A stretch of DNA of 64,000 bases, taken from NCBI GenBank assembly GCA_965655095.1, contig OZ296648.1, positions 129,394,001-129,458,000 on the forward strand, in the 5' to 3' direction. Shown here piece after piece: positions 1 to 14,230 of this stretch; positions within the stretch are counted from its first letter, which is position 1; each line of letters starts with the position of its first letter. Position numbers and translations under genes: made by a program. Under the pieces are notes generated by a model. The model ran no database searches. It had not been told where the DNA came from and worked only from the letters and a program-made list of their open reading frames with translations. This stretch comes from Haplodiscus bocki. Its lineage: Eukaryota.

Positions 1-1468
1 AAAACAACAAAAATTCTCTTAATTTACAACCCTGCGCTGTGAGATCTACATAAATACCTTGATTTGTTTGACTCAAAATTGCTCGAAATTCGACATGGTT
101 GTTGAATCGAGAAACCCCCCTCATTTTCATTTGACCAAGTCCGCGATAACTTTGGGAGCGGGACATGCCCAGACTGCTGGATCTACTAACCAGTCCAGTG
201 GGGGAGCAGTAACTCCAGGAGGTAGAGTTGTTGATTTTGATGCCATGTCAGTGGAAGACATTGGAAGTTCCGCCCATTCAACTTCTTCCAACTACGGCGA
301 CGAAGAAGAGGTTAGTACATGTAATGTTGTTTCCAACTTCCGAATTCTTTTTCCTCTCATACACCTCTCAGCCTTTGTCGAAAACGAATCTTTAATGCCG
401 ATGTAGATTCTTGAAAAATCGGGAGCTAAGATTCTTTTTAATTTGACTAAACTTGTCGGAATTATAATTATTACTGCAAGAAAAAATTGTTCGTAAATAC
501 GCAGCAGATTATGCTCCAAAAGTTAGAACATCTTCTAGTTGATTGTAGGCGGAGTCTCAAACGGCTTGACATGAGAAATCAATTGGCCACGTGGTTAGAA
601 AAAAATCATCTCTAGGGTGGTTTTTGGGGTATACCGTCACGTGACTTTCACTTGAAGTCATTTGTTTTGAGGTCACGAGATTTAAGTTCTTGGAATTAAA
701 GTTTTTTGGATTTTACATGGAATTTTTCAGAGTTAAATTGTTTTAACAGCAATCATTTTGACAAAAACGAGCTAACAAAAATAATGAGGTTCAACATTAA
801 TTGCAAAAGTTGAACGTTTTCTCGTAAACCTGAGTTAAAGTGAAGCTTCTTTATAATATCCATCGAGAACTTCATAATTTCATGTTTTCCCTTTGCTTCA
901 GAGTTTTTGCCTAGTTTTGTGTATTAGTTATATAGAGCTTTTTAAGCTAAGTGCACTTGAAATTGTCATTTTCGAGGACATATTGGTCTCAAAAATATTC
1001 TCTCAATAGTCCTCGTCTAATTTTTTTAAATGTATCAACTGTATCTGTAGTTTTAAATTGTATTTGTGATAGATGTGAGAATCTCTATAAATGTTGATTT
1101 CTCGTTCTTCATGATATTTTTAAAAAAATATTCATGAGAAATTAATCTTCACAATTTCGCATTGTATGTTGAGTGAACGTCTTACCATGAACATTTTTTT
1201 CCTTTAATTTTTAAGATTTTTGTTGAAAAAATGAAATTTTCATGTCGATAAAACATTGGAAATGTGCAAACCACATCTCAATAACTCCAAAACAGAAATA
1301 GATACGTTCGATTTCAAGAATTTTTTTCAGGTCAAATATTTTGAGAGCTCAATTACAACTACCTTTTTTTGAGGAATAGAATATTTTCAGTACAACAGGT
1401 TTTTGAAACCTTAGTAAGTTAGTGCTGGTAGCAGTGCTATATTTGGAACAAGTCGTCATTAATCTACA

Positions 1469-2247
1469 CCCGGATTGGAAAAACATGGCTGCCATGCCAT
1501 GATCATAGCATGATCATGGCGAAACATGGTCATGATCATGCCATGATAACGGCATGGCGGACATGTTTCTTGCCATGGTCGTCATGATTCATGGAATGAT
1601 CATGGTATGATTATCATGTTTTCCATGATTATTACCATGATCATGGTATGATCATCATGTTTATTTTTGAAAAAAAGGAGTGATTGTCAATGTTTTCTCA
1701 GATATTTGATACCATATTCCACTATACGGCAAACTTCACTGCGTTTAGAGGTATTTTCGCCTTCAAATATGCGAGTCAGCAAAATTAATCGCAAGACTCC
1801 ATAAAGACTTGGAGTTTACTTCGATAATAACCAATCAGCAAATTCTGATTAAAAGAAGAGTTTCAATATAACATACATATTGCAGCTTTTTGTTATTTTT
1901 AATAATTCCGAAATTTTGGGAGAGAGATCGATTTTAGTTAACGTCTTTCGGGTAGTTTCTGATGGGTTCGTTCAACATATTCCGCATTAAAATGTACCGA
2001 ACTACCACCTGGTTACTAATTAACAAAGTTGGCTGGAAAGTTAGCGTCCTGACTACGTTATAATAATGACCATGGTCACCATGACATGATCATGCTATTT
2101 TCCAATACGTACATGCCATGATCATGCTATATTTCATGATGACCATGACATGATCTTACCATGATCACACCATGGCGAGTATGAATCACCATGATCATAC
2201 CATGTCATAGCATGATCGTCATGTTCGACCATGGCTGTCAACCCGGG
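1469..2247. mobile_element. MITE-like element with CATGAT-rich subterminal arrays
   Basis: Termini CCCGGATTG / CAACCCGGG; arrays of catgat/catgg at ~1485-1660 and ~2065-2235. Confidence 0.7.
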
Positions 2248-4120
2248 CATGCTGCTTTCGGTGCACAGTATCTTTACTGCTTTTGAGAAACAGAATTGCT
2301 CTAGAGTCGTAATTCGTCCTATATTGAATCGCTCATAATCAATCAAAAATGTGTTCAGTTGAATGCACTTCTCAAATTCCAAACCATCATTCAGCAGCAT
2401 AACATCTTTACGTCAAATCGAAAAGCGTTAGTCCGTGAAATTTCTGCTATTGCAAAAGCTTGAGTCATTTTTGATCTAAAATGTTCGATTTGATAGTCTA
2501 GTAAGACGAGAAAAGTTGCCTTAAAATGCAAAAGGAGATGACTCCCAACAAAGTTTGGCCTAACTACCACGAAATGTAGGAATCAGGATTTCTACTAAAA
2601 AGTTCAGGAATTCAAAAATCTTGACAAGATTTCCAAGATTTCCCTAGATTCCTGCCGAGAGATCCAAGAATTCAAGAATCTTGGGAGTAACGTCAAGATT
2701 TCTGAAAAATCAAACGTTAAGAAACTTTGGATGAAAGAAATTTCGGAGTTGAAAATGTTCAACGAAGTGGTGTCTATCGAATCAACTTCAAATCGACATC
2801 GTTTGCTATCCAACAATTGAGTTTTTCCTATTGCAAAAAGAGTATTGCAATGCATTTTTTTCAGAATTTAGTTTTTGTGTGTTTTACTGCATTTTTAGAG
2901 TACTAAAGAATGGTATAGAGAGAGTTTGAAGTGTTTCAATCTGCGATTTTGCTTTACATTATTTATGACGATATCGGTATATTCTGTCATTTTATTTAAT
3001 TAGTTGTACTTTGAATGCCAAGTTATTTTTATGAAATTAACTTCAAAAGATTGTACGTTTGTGTTGTTTTGAAGACGTTTATCTTTTCTATATTCAATTG
3101 ACCCCATTGGCAATTTTCTGCCTAAATTTCATATCATTTTTCAATCAACATTCACATTTCTTTTACATAAATTTTGCTAATGGCGTGATCGTCTTGTGCA
3201 CCATGACCAAGTGCACTTCACTATAAATACAATGACGTAATCAGATATTGGCTTCTGATTGGACTAGACAAAAACCGCAGGAAACTTTAAGCTTATAGGA
3301 ATTGAGTGTTCAAATCTTAATATCGAGGTTTTGTGGGAATTATATGGCTTGGAGGTTAATGCAATAATGCGTGTACGTCCCAGTGGAACTGCAAAGGTTG
3401 TCAGTTCGAGTCGCGGGAGAAATGAAAAACTTCAACAATTTTACATCGGGCTAAAAATATCCCGGAGGTAGCCAAGCGTGCTTTTCACGCTTCCTTTGTC
3501 TGATACTCAGGACGTGCTCCAAATAAAAAAAAACTGTCCACTCGAAAGTGTCCACAGCCCTTATGAAACCTACTTATTTTCCTTTGACGTAAACTAAGGG
3601 ACCTGTCGCAACACGTCTGCGAAGACTGCGGACAGACTCTCCCTACAAAAAAGAACATTCCCGGACCCTCCAGAGACTGAAATAGACTTTACAAACACTA
3701 GACTGTATGTTTTATTTATAAATTAAACGTATTTAATATATCTGATACGGAGAAGTTACGTATTACGTCATTTTATAAAAATTGCATGTAATCAATACGT
3801 ATCATCTACGTAGAATCCCAGTGTACTGATCCAGATTGGGACACAACTGTTACACAACAAAACGAAAATTCATACAAGTCTATGTCCCTATTATAATCTA
3901 CTTTAGTGTGCTACTTTTCTTACTTATTTGTGTACTGATCATACAAATCCACCTTTTCAAAAGTTCAGTGCAGTAATTTGAAACGAAATTGACAATGTCA
4001 ATAAGTTTGATTAGATTACGACGGCAAAATATAGAGCTTGACTTAAAAGTGAATATTTGTTTCGTACGTGTTCCGTCGCTACCAATCTGGTAACGTCAAT
4101 TCAATTTCATTCCTTTGTGC

Positions 4121-4290
4121 TACTATGCTGTGTCACTTCTAGCCAAATACGGAACAGTTCCGTATTTACTCATTATCACTCCTATTGCCGCACTGCTACA
4201 AGCAGTGCTACAAAATGAACGCGGAACCGTTCCGGAACGACCTAGGAGAAACAAAGAACAGAACAGTACTGGCTAGTAGAAAACATAGTA
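4121..4290. mobile_element. Short palindromic MITE-like element
   Basis: Inverted ends TACTATG...CTAGCCA / TGGCTAG...CATAGTA and an internal perfect hairpin AAATACGGAAC-A-GTTCCGTATTT. Confidence 0.55.
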
Positions 4291-4881
4291 CCAAAATGGT
4301 CCGAAATGATGATGAAATATGTATTTCGAGCATGTAACTTGAATCTTTGTATTATTCTATGTGATCAGACCAATTGCTATTATTATTTTCATACTCAGGG
4401 AAAAGTGTTTAAATTTTTGTTTATATTAGTACTTATTGCGCTGGCGCGGAAATAAGCACTTTGATGTCCATTTTTGACGGACTAGGCTCGTACTTTCCGT
4501 CGAAAGATGGAAAAGACGCAGCCTATGAGGGAAGAAATGGATTGAAATGTGTTTATTTCCCGCCAGAGTCGGCATCTTTTATCTTTATAGTTATTATGAT
4601 TAAAGTACTTCTCCCTATTTGCACCTTGACTTGGCGTGTATACAACTACGTTTCCCGCCAAGGAAAAGGTATAAATACGAAAAATGAGCGTACTATTGTT
4701 AGTATAAAATATTGCAGTGTACTGTATACCCAGCTTCGAGTTCTTTTCAATTTGATTAACTGTTGTTGACCGGAAACCTGCTTTTGTTAAAAAACAACAT
4801 TGTGAGTTGTGTTAATCTTAATTTGAGAAATAAAACAATTCAGTCTTCACAACTGCTGAGATTTCTTCCCTCTTCCAGGAC

Positions 4882-5404
4882 TATGGCAACGTTCAGAAAA
4901 GAGCGGAAATTAGCAGCTATGGCTAGAGAAACACATAAAGAGTATCCTAGGAACAACCAATCACAAACCTCAGCTGCTCCTGGAATCGCTGAGGATTATA
5001 TAGCACAAGTTTCCGAAGAGATTGAGGGAGGGGTTACTATGAGACTATCCCAGAAATTCAGCAGGACAGTGTCCGGCATCTTGGGCGCACTGTCCAAGTT
5101 TGACAAATTTCTCTTGTACCCACAAATACGGACATTCTCCGGAACCATTCCGGGAATATTCCGGAACGCTGAGGTAGAAAACCAGGAACCAAGCGGGGAT
5201 CGTTCTCAGAATGATCCCCATCTTGAAGTGGAGTTCTCTGCCTATCTTTCTAGCAATCTAAATGACTCAGACCCGGACGAGACCTCTCACCGGACCATAC
5301 GTGCAAAAAGTTCATCTAGCTTGGTCACTTTTCCCAGAGGTTTCTGCGATTTTACGACATCAGCAAGGCTCATACCTCTTCCGATCATTTTGACAGTTTT
5401 TTAA
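4882..5404 (+). CDS. ORF of unknown function, probably repeat-derived
   Basis: Longest ORF outside the identified elements (MATFRKERKLAAMARE...). It has a helical charged segment and TATAAATA at ~4670. No recognised domain. Confidence 0.3.
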
Positions 5405-8400
5405 TAATCAATTCACTTTTTCAAAAAAAGAATCGGTGCTTTTCGTTAAAGATGTTGATCAATATATTGGCTAGTTAAATTGTTCTAAAAACAATGGACT
5501 TGAATTGAATAAAATCATGAGACCGTTGTATTTTGCTATTTTTATTTCACTGCACGTAATGATTATCATAAGCAATGTGGAACGTTTGAAAAGTCGAGAA
5601 CGTCAAAGAAACCTTTTACATATACAAAAAGTCTGCAACTTGAAATCCCAGAGAAAATTCGAACCCTAAAATTGTTTGAGACATCGAAAACGAATGGCGA
5701 TTTTTCCCCGAAACGCACTATCCAAAAGTTTTGAGTAATTTTGCATATTCCAGATTTTTTTTGAGACAAACACTAAAGTTTTTCGTAATACTCGGAAGTG
5801 AGTGCCCCATTTTTGCTACTAAAATACTCACTGTTTCAGGCAGTGTACAACTAACTATACAGTGAACCCTCTACGAATTGATTCTCCCAACGGGATTTTT
5901 TTGTGTACTAAACTTTTCAGCCCAAAAAAGGCTATGTAGCCTTGAAGGTTGCACAAAATGACTCAAAAAGTTTACTGTTAGTGCGAATCTCATTACAACC
6001 AGTTCCAGTTATTTCTTTTCCATCTCGATCAAAATTTTAATATTTAGCTACTATGTTATTTGTAAAAACATCATGAGGTTTTAGACTCTAACTCAATTAA
6101 GCCGTAATACCGTTACCCAGAGATGGAGAACACAGCTGAGATCCACAAAAAGATTTAAAACCACAATTGGAACAAAAGATTTCGTTACTTGAGTGCAGTA
6201 GGATACTCTGCAAAGTAAACGCCTAACCCTTTGAGTTACAGCTAAATGCTCAATGGAGTCTCGGGATGCTGTTTTCTAGAGCTCTTGCAGGTATATTGAT
6301 GAAAATGATGGTTTCGCAACAAAGAAGATTTCATTCAATTAAGGGAGCTCGAAATTGTTTCATGGAAACATAATTTTTCATGAAAAAGAAAAAAGTTTCA
6401 AGTAACTTCAGTTGTAAATGTGACGAATAGTAAAATAGTAGACTATTAGAGCAAACAAAATGAGGCGCATGAGGAGGAGGAATGAGAGTGTGGTTTTTGG
6501 AAAGATAGGTAAACATGCAAAATTTTGTAATGTTTTCGGCTACCATTTGTTTGTTAAAATGACTTTTCGAAGACGTTGAAGTTGGGTTACGCTCAAGTAG
6601 CGTAGCTGAAAATGCTACTGACACACTGCCGCAAACCATGGTTTTTGCAAATGTCGTTTTTCTGCGGTTTCCTTTTTGTGATGAGTATTGGATTACAAAT
6701 CAACACTGCTGCCGAGAAAACAAATTATTTCTCAAACTTTTTCACTTAACACTCAACTCTGATCGAACAAGTGCTCGCCAACTCTGATCGAACAGAAAAC
6801 TGTTGTTTTTTGTCCCCGGGCACAAACAAATTTAATTTGATCGCTAAGAAAGTCGAAAAACACAGATTGCCCAGGGATCCCTAACTTCAGTCCCGGACTA
6901 AGTCATTACATAACTTTTCCGGCTCAAGCAAAGCAGCAACTGTCCCACATTTCATTTTGTTTGGCACGCCTCTTCTGGTTTCGGCACTATTGGTTTGCCT
7001 TTTCTAACTCCAAGGGTGCTGCTTCCAGTCTGTTTTCAAAATCGTCATTTTTGCTCCTCTAATAGAAAATTACTTTTTACACTAATTTCTGGTTTTCAAC
7101 AATGATCAATTACATTCGCCATTAATTGGTACTCATTAGGGGTCCAATATAACACGATGACTAAGTGTTAGTTGGTCGCCACCGCTTGAAAAGTTTCAAA
7201 AGAATCAAGTGACTGTTTGTTCATCATTTCGTTTCAAGTCGTATAAGTGTAAATCATGATTGATAAGTTCTTTCTTCCGATGTGTGGGTCTTCCTAATTC
7301 TTAATTGTAGTTGCGTATCATGAAAATGATCGATTAAAAAGTCTTTCATAGCTGGCCTCAATATCAAATTCATGCAAAAAGATGACCAAGACAAAGGTTA
7401 AATTTTATTGAAAATTCAATCAATAGTTGTATCTAACAGAAACACACGGGGTAAAACCTGAGCGAAATGTTACACGCTGTTTCTGATTTAGTTTTTACCA
7501 CAATACACTTTGATAGACTTTTTTCAAAATTTTTGGTCGAAAATTGCAATCTTCCGTAGGTAGTCAAAAATTCATGCTCCAAAGGTTGTTTTTTGGTCAC
7601 TTTGAGGTCTTTTTTTCAGGATAAAGTTTGTTCGAGAATAGAATGGCTTTTTACTGTTACTCATTTCGAAAACAAATATTTCAAGCAAAAATGAGTTCTT
7701 CGGCTGGTTTCAACAAAAATTTATTCAGTTTATTGCAAAACTACTGTTTCCTGACCTTTTTCAATAGCTAGGTCCGCTTCAAAGCCAATTTTCTCAACAA
7801 ATGTGAAAAAGTACAGAAAATCATTAAACATTTCGTGGCAGAAATTATTTTGAGCATTGGGTGTAAATTTGAGACCCCTATTGGCGAAAATGTGCGTGCG
7901 GTACAAGCCGTTTTGCAAGTCGCTATTTCCAGAAAAGCGTCTTTTTAGCTACCTGTCTTTCAACGGGACTTGGATTTACTCTATTCAGCTAGCCAAGCTT
8001 GTTCTAAAGTCCTCTATCATTCATAATGTTGATACGATCTCTAGTGTTAAAAATTCCGTTGAATTCTTTTGACTATTTGTGGACTGAGAAGCGATTACTT
8101 TCAATTTTTGACAAATTTTGGCTCATTTGATTGTTTTTTAACGTTTGCGACTCTTGATCTCTGAATTGAGTGAACATAAACAACCCTTTTTTGCAAAGAT
8201 TATAAACCGTTTAAATATCTTTCACGTAACATATTTCCGGGATTTTTTCTTCTGTGGTTCTTTCAGAATAAAATGCTAAATGAAGTGATTTTCCAGGTTT
8301 CGGCTAAAACTTCCAATGAAATCTTATTCGTAACAGTTTTTCACCATATTTTTTGCCCCAATTTTGCCTATACTCGACATTCATTTTCCACTTTGAATTT

Positions 8401-10277
8401 AATTTGGAATGGTGGAAATCGTTTGTCGATTTCTTGTTTCATCTTCGAGAACTTTGGATGCGAATTTTGGGACCTATTCAAACGAAAGTACCACTTTTGG
8501 GATGCCTCAACGTAAATAAGTTATGTCGTGGAGTGGTGGCGCAAACCGCTCCAAAATCACTCCTTTTGTAATTTTTTTTTTGACAATCGTCTTCATTCCG
8601 CCTTTGGTTTTATGCACTTTTCAGATTGTAATTGAGCTGAGATTTCAAAATTTTACTAATTTACGGACCTTAATATTTTCAATGTGGTTTTTCGGTATCT
8701 TCTAAATTTTCTATTTTATTGAAGTTTACACGTTATTTTCGTCTTGAAATATAGTTTCTTTTTTGAAATTCATTTTTGTCTATCTATATTAGTCTGTCAA
8801 ACAAAGGCCATTGAAGTTCGAATTCGGATTAGAGATGGGATAAACTTTTATGCTGCGGCAATTTGGCTATGTTAAGGCACGTGTGAAGGTCACTCCAAAG
8901 TAGCTAATACTTGCTGAGGCGTTTTTTTTTCATTGCAGCGTGTTGTTTATTTAGTTCAGTATTCACTTTTCACGTATCTTCGCTAAAATTATGCGAACTA
9001 ACATAGAAATTGAAATCTGATCGATTTGGATACTAATTTCAGGCCCTCCAACCACTTCGAATAAATAATTTAGTCACTTTTAACAGTAATTAAAGGATGA
9101 ATAACATCGATGACAGTTACAATTTTAATAACAAAAAAAGACGTTTAATACACCTTCCACATTATATTTGGTTTATTGAAAAATTTGGGACCGTTTAGTC
9201 TAGAAACATTTTTACCGGCACTTCTACTTCCTTGATTTAAAAAGTTAGAAATTTTGGCATGACATGCTCTTTTAAATGAATCATTTCTTTGGAAAATGAA
9301 CGTTTTTCTGTGATGCCGCCTGAGCGTTTGAGATCGGAGGACAGCGCCGATTCTGAGCCATCTCGGTTTGTTGTGACTCACGACGCACTATTTTTCAGAA
9401 ACTGTTCTCAACCGCAGTTCTAATTCTTTTAATCGATTAATGCGATCACAGATTTGAGGTGATTGAACTGATTTTATTCTTAAGTTCATTCCCAGAGATT
9501 TCCAAACAGAATGAACTTAGTTTTCGCAGATTGACACAAAGTCAGTTCTTGAAACAGATCAAATTTAGGAGATTGCGTATTATCCGAAATTGTTGAAACT
9601 ATCTGCATAGAATCTACACAGACAAGACTTTCGCACTTTTGGTAGTGAAATCAGCTCCAAGTAACCAAATTTTCTTGATAAATCATGGTTTCTAAGAGCA
9701 TTGGTTATAATTTACGCTAATTCAGTCGAAATATTTCTCACCAGCCTCCCAGGTGCAGCTTCAGAAATCAAATCCAGGAGCTTTGGTCTGGATTTTACAA
9801 TCTGACAGGATTGTCAGCTGGTCAATTGGCTACTTCACGGATTTGGCCCGCCTTTGCACCGGATTATTCGCTCTCCGTCAAACAGTACGTTGCCAGTCAC
9901 GTCAATGCCCTTCTGGTAACTAAATCATATAATCAGTTTCACCCTCAATTATCAATCGAACATATAACAAGTTTTATAAACTTTCAATGAGAAACGTCAG
10001 AAATATGAAAATGAGTCCAATCCAAACTTAATGAGTGAACAAAAGTCGGTGTGGGATTCACAAAACTGAGTTGAACTTTTGGCCGGCCTATATGCTTGAT
10101 GGAGGTATTGGCAAAAAATGTTGTTATTCAACAAACCTACGCTGATTATCTTACGTGATATAATTATTATAAAAGCATGTAAGAGGAAAATTTTGTCTTC
10201 ATCTCACGGTATTCGGAAAATCTTGTCATTCTGATCTTAATTTAGTTGGAACTACACAAATAATTGAAAATGTTAGA

Positions 10278-11592
10278 TATCATGATACCCAAAGTCACAA
10301 TACCCAATGCCATAATACCAAATGTGATTTAATACCCAATGCCCCTATACCCCATGCTATGATAGCCAAAATTAAAGTATAATTGCTTGCTCGTTAATTA
10401 GTAATCAAGTAATAACCAGCGTATACTAAATTTCGTATTTCTCGTCTAAAAATTTTCGAAAACAACTAATTTTCGTATTTCTCGTACAAAAATTTTCAAA
10501 AACAATACGTAATTTCGTATTTCTTGTCTAAAAATTTTCAGAAACAATACGTAATTTCGTATTTCTCATCCAAAAATATTCAGAAACACTTAAAACCCAC
10601 TCAAAAGTCCAAAAAAATTCCCTTTTGTGATTTTGACACTGGAGTATTTTTGACTTATAACCAAATATTTAAAATGGTGTCAGGTCAAAATCTCCTAAAT
10701 TGAAATCTCCTACGTCAAAATCTCCTTTGCCAAAATCTCCTTTGTCAAAATCTCCTAAATTATTGAATAAAGATATTGGCTCAAGAAATTAAATGATTGA
10801 GCTTAAAGCTGAAGTAATTTAGTCTAATTACCTTCAATTATTCAATTATGACTACCATTATATGTCACATTGGGTATTATGGCATTAGGTATTTCAGCAT
10901 TGGGTATTATAGGTTTGGGTATTGTGTCCTGACACCCATTTCTTAGTATTTGTTCATTTCAAAAACACTTCTGTACTCGACCTGAGGTATTTTAAGTATA
11001 CCGGGCATTCACAATTTTCCAATAACTTCAGTTTTGGCAAAGGGTTATCGCAAAAAAATTTGGTAATCGTTTTTATAATGCAAAAGGTTTTTTCGAAAGT
11101 TTCTCTTATTTGCTTTTTTAGTTTTTGAGTCCACAAAAATGAAATTCGACAGTTGGGGTTCCACATAAACATTTTGAAAGTCAAATCACGAAATACAATT
11201 GTTGAAAACGCAAAAAAAATTTGAAAACCACAATTTTTGCCTGCTGTTCATGGGACCATTCGTAAGCTATTTATGCACAATCTATCGATGTAATTTCCAG
11301 ACCATTTTCTTACTTAGTTGTGATTAGTTTACTAATTAACTTAATCAGGTTCATGCGTCTTGACATAAAAAGAGTTTAAGAGATTTTGGCATAAGAGATT
11401 TTGACCCAGGAGATTATGACTTGGCAGATTTTGACATGTAATCATTTGAAATGTGTGAGAAAATACAAGACGCTGGTAATTACGTAATGAAGAAATAGGC
11501 AGAAATTATTCTTCAATTTCGCGTATTATTGTTTATTATGACATTGGGTATTATGACATTGGGTATTATGACTTTGCGTAATATGTCCTGAT
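10278..11592. mobile_element. Cluster of nested non-autonomous inverted-repeat elements (MULE-like ends)
   Basis: ATACCCAATG arrays (10280-10370) have inverted CATTGGGTAT arrays at 10868-10937 and 11535-11592. AAATCTCC arrays (10677-10760) have inverted GAGATTTT arrays at 11378-11440. The GGTGTCAGG/CCTGACACC ends match the MULE at 55227. Confidence 0.65.
10428..10590. repeat. Tandem repeat, ~41-bp unit x4
   Basis: (t)aatttcgtatttctcgtctaaaaattttcgaaaacaa repeated four times. Confidence 0.85.
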
Positions 11593-14230
11593 GTGAGACA
11601 CATTAATCGTAATCTGGAAATTAACCCTAAAACATTCGAAAACTTTGCGGATGCGCCAATTGCTATTTCAACTGACGCCTAATTTCGAAAGTCGTAAATT
11701 GAAGGGCGAGCAATTAAAATGAAATTGACTTCAACTAAAATCATCTGATATGTATTCAACAAACCCTAAATCACCGATAACTTTTACAATTGGTGCAAAG
11801 TATATTACTCAGCTTGACAAAAAAATTTTTGGTGGACTTCGAGTCCACTCAAAACATCTTTATAAGGTAACTAAACACTGAAAAAATTACAGGAGCGAGA
11901 AAGTCAAATATTGAGTTTCTGATTGGCCTGGGCAATTGATCAAAAGTACTGAAATTTCAATCCCTCTTCAAGTTACACCGAAATTCAAAGAAAATCAAAA
12001 CTTTGACTAAGACGAAAATAGAACGAGCGTTCTTAGATCAAATAATTCTCGCAAATTGGCATGTGAGGTGTCCAACGGGGTTGACGTATCATGGGACACC
12101 TCTCATATAGAATGGCATCAACGCCATGATAAAACTGAAAAAGTTCGAATAAAAAGTATTTTTGGGTTAGTTTCTGAGGTTTTTGCAAATTTTGTGGATT
12201 TGTCCGACTGTTGCTGCGATTTAGTCTGACACATGTAATTCAGACCCGATAGGCGATCTAAAATACGCTCGCTTTTCGTATAGATAGGACCGCTGAAAAC
12301 GGATGAAAATACCTGAAACCTGAGCAGTCCGGGAATATCAAAAACGCTCTCGAGTACGTGGAAAACGTGAAAATTGGGATTCCTTCGAATGGTCGACCGT
12401 TGCATTAGTTGGGTTTTTTCATCAAACACATTCTTTTGGATTATTTGGAGTTTGGAAGCTAGGGTTTTGGTCTGCCGCTTCAAGGACCGGCTTGAACGTC
12501 TGATTTTGTGAAGTAAATTTGAGTAAAACTTTTTCAGGAGCTTCGTATAAACCCTCCTATTTGGTAATTTTGAATCAACCATGGGAAGTAGTTTCTGAAA
12601 ATCTGTTTTTTTAATGAGTCAAAACCCGATAAGTTTTTCTCAAATTGTTTTCTCAAAATTTCCGTTTCGAACTATGACAATCGTTTCGCTGGAGAGTGCT
12701 TCTACCTTTAACGGTTTTTTTAATTGTAAAGTTTTGCTAACCCGGGATGTAATTTTTGTAAATTGGGCGTTTGGCCGAGTTTCGTTTTGATAAACAAACG
12801 AGTGGAGATTCATTTTCCCGGGTGGTTAGTTTGTAAATATCCGAGACGAACTAGTATTTCGTTGGCTACAACGAGCCTACTTTGTCAGTTTTATTTGGTA
12901 AACTTTTGGCGTGGTGTTTTGGCCCACGGTCAATTGGGTCGTAGGAAAGAGCTACTTCAGTCATAACCTAAGTTGTGCTCGAATGAAAGCAACCCGTCTG
13001 CAAAGAGTTTGTTACTACTGGAATTGGTGCGACGTTTAGGAGTATTAAGAAGAATCCACTCTATCCCGGATGAGTAAGAATTATGTAGAAGCCGCTTACG
13101 TTTTGGTCCACCAGAGGTTGATTGAAAAGCATGAGTCAAGAGTCAGTACAGTACCAACGTAGCATCTACTTGTCGGAAATCAAGTAGACAATACAAGGTC
13201 TGCAGTACTGGCTAATGCATGGTTGCGAAGTGGACGTCTCGTTCTCATCCCTAATGTTGTAGAGTGATTTCTATTGTACATTTTTCGGAAATTTTTCGAA
13301 GCTGTCACTAGAGCTTTTAATTAAGTGGGTACAATTTAAAGCCAAGGACCGCCTAGTCCATCTTTGTTAAAAGAGTAACTTTGAGGCGCGATATTCTCAG
13401 AGCACTCTCACCGATTAACCTCTTACCACCAACGGGATTTGTGAGTAACCCAAAACTTTCGGGTCTGTAACCCTGCACCTGAGGAACTGTAGCCCTCCTT
13501 GGCTGATAGGTGTGAATTTTACACCTGACGCCACTTGAAAATTGGGAAATTAAACTTAAGAGACTCCACTGTTAACATAATTTTCAATCTACCACAGTAA
13601 CGTCCTTTTAGAAGTTCAAACTTGTAACATATACATTGCAGGCAGCAAACAGAAAATAAAATGACTAAATATTAGCTAAATTATTCATGAACAAAGGAGA
13701 GGAAGTTTCAACAATAATTATACAATAAGGGTGAATTTTCAACAATCGGGAATGACTCAAATTGGAGTGGCTTGAACATTTCATGAGCCAGTTCAAGTCG
13801 TTTTCAAGCAAACAGGCGAAAAAGTGAAAATTCAACTGTTATTTCAGTTCGAATTCATCACCCTAAAAGTCTGGCTTGTTTTACTACGCAGCGACTAAAA
13901 ATACCATTCAAAGAAAAAGAGCACGATCAGCTACAAACGATGACTCAACTGCTTCACACGTGCCAACTTACTTGGGAAGAAGTAGATTCGATATTTTCGA
14001 GACCATTAACAAAATTGATGGAAACTATACTTGAAGTAATTCTGTTTTATAACAAGATCCTTAAAATTTAAAACATGTATATAATCCCATAATAAAAATA
14101 AAAAGAGAAATTCTTTTTTGAGTTTCTTCACTGTATTCGTAAAATGTATGCAGCATGTTTTCATCAATTTACTTTTATAACGCAATCAACAGCTAACGAT
14201 TGATTAAACTATTTCTGTCTGAATGTCTGT

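Noticed and set aside
59-519. Overlapping ORFs at the window start
   Set aside because: No recognisable domain; strand and splice structure cannot be established.
10428-10590. CRISPR-like regular repeats (also 55227-55360)
   Set aside because: Contiguous tandem units without unique spacers, no cas genes, and a eukaryotic context.
7700-13560. Stretches that look like decayed coding sequence (7700-8700, 9150-9800, 11900-13560)
   Set aside because: Could not be assigned to any protein family by eye; the short ORFs listed there look incidental.
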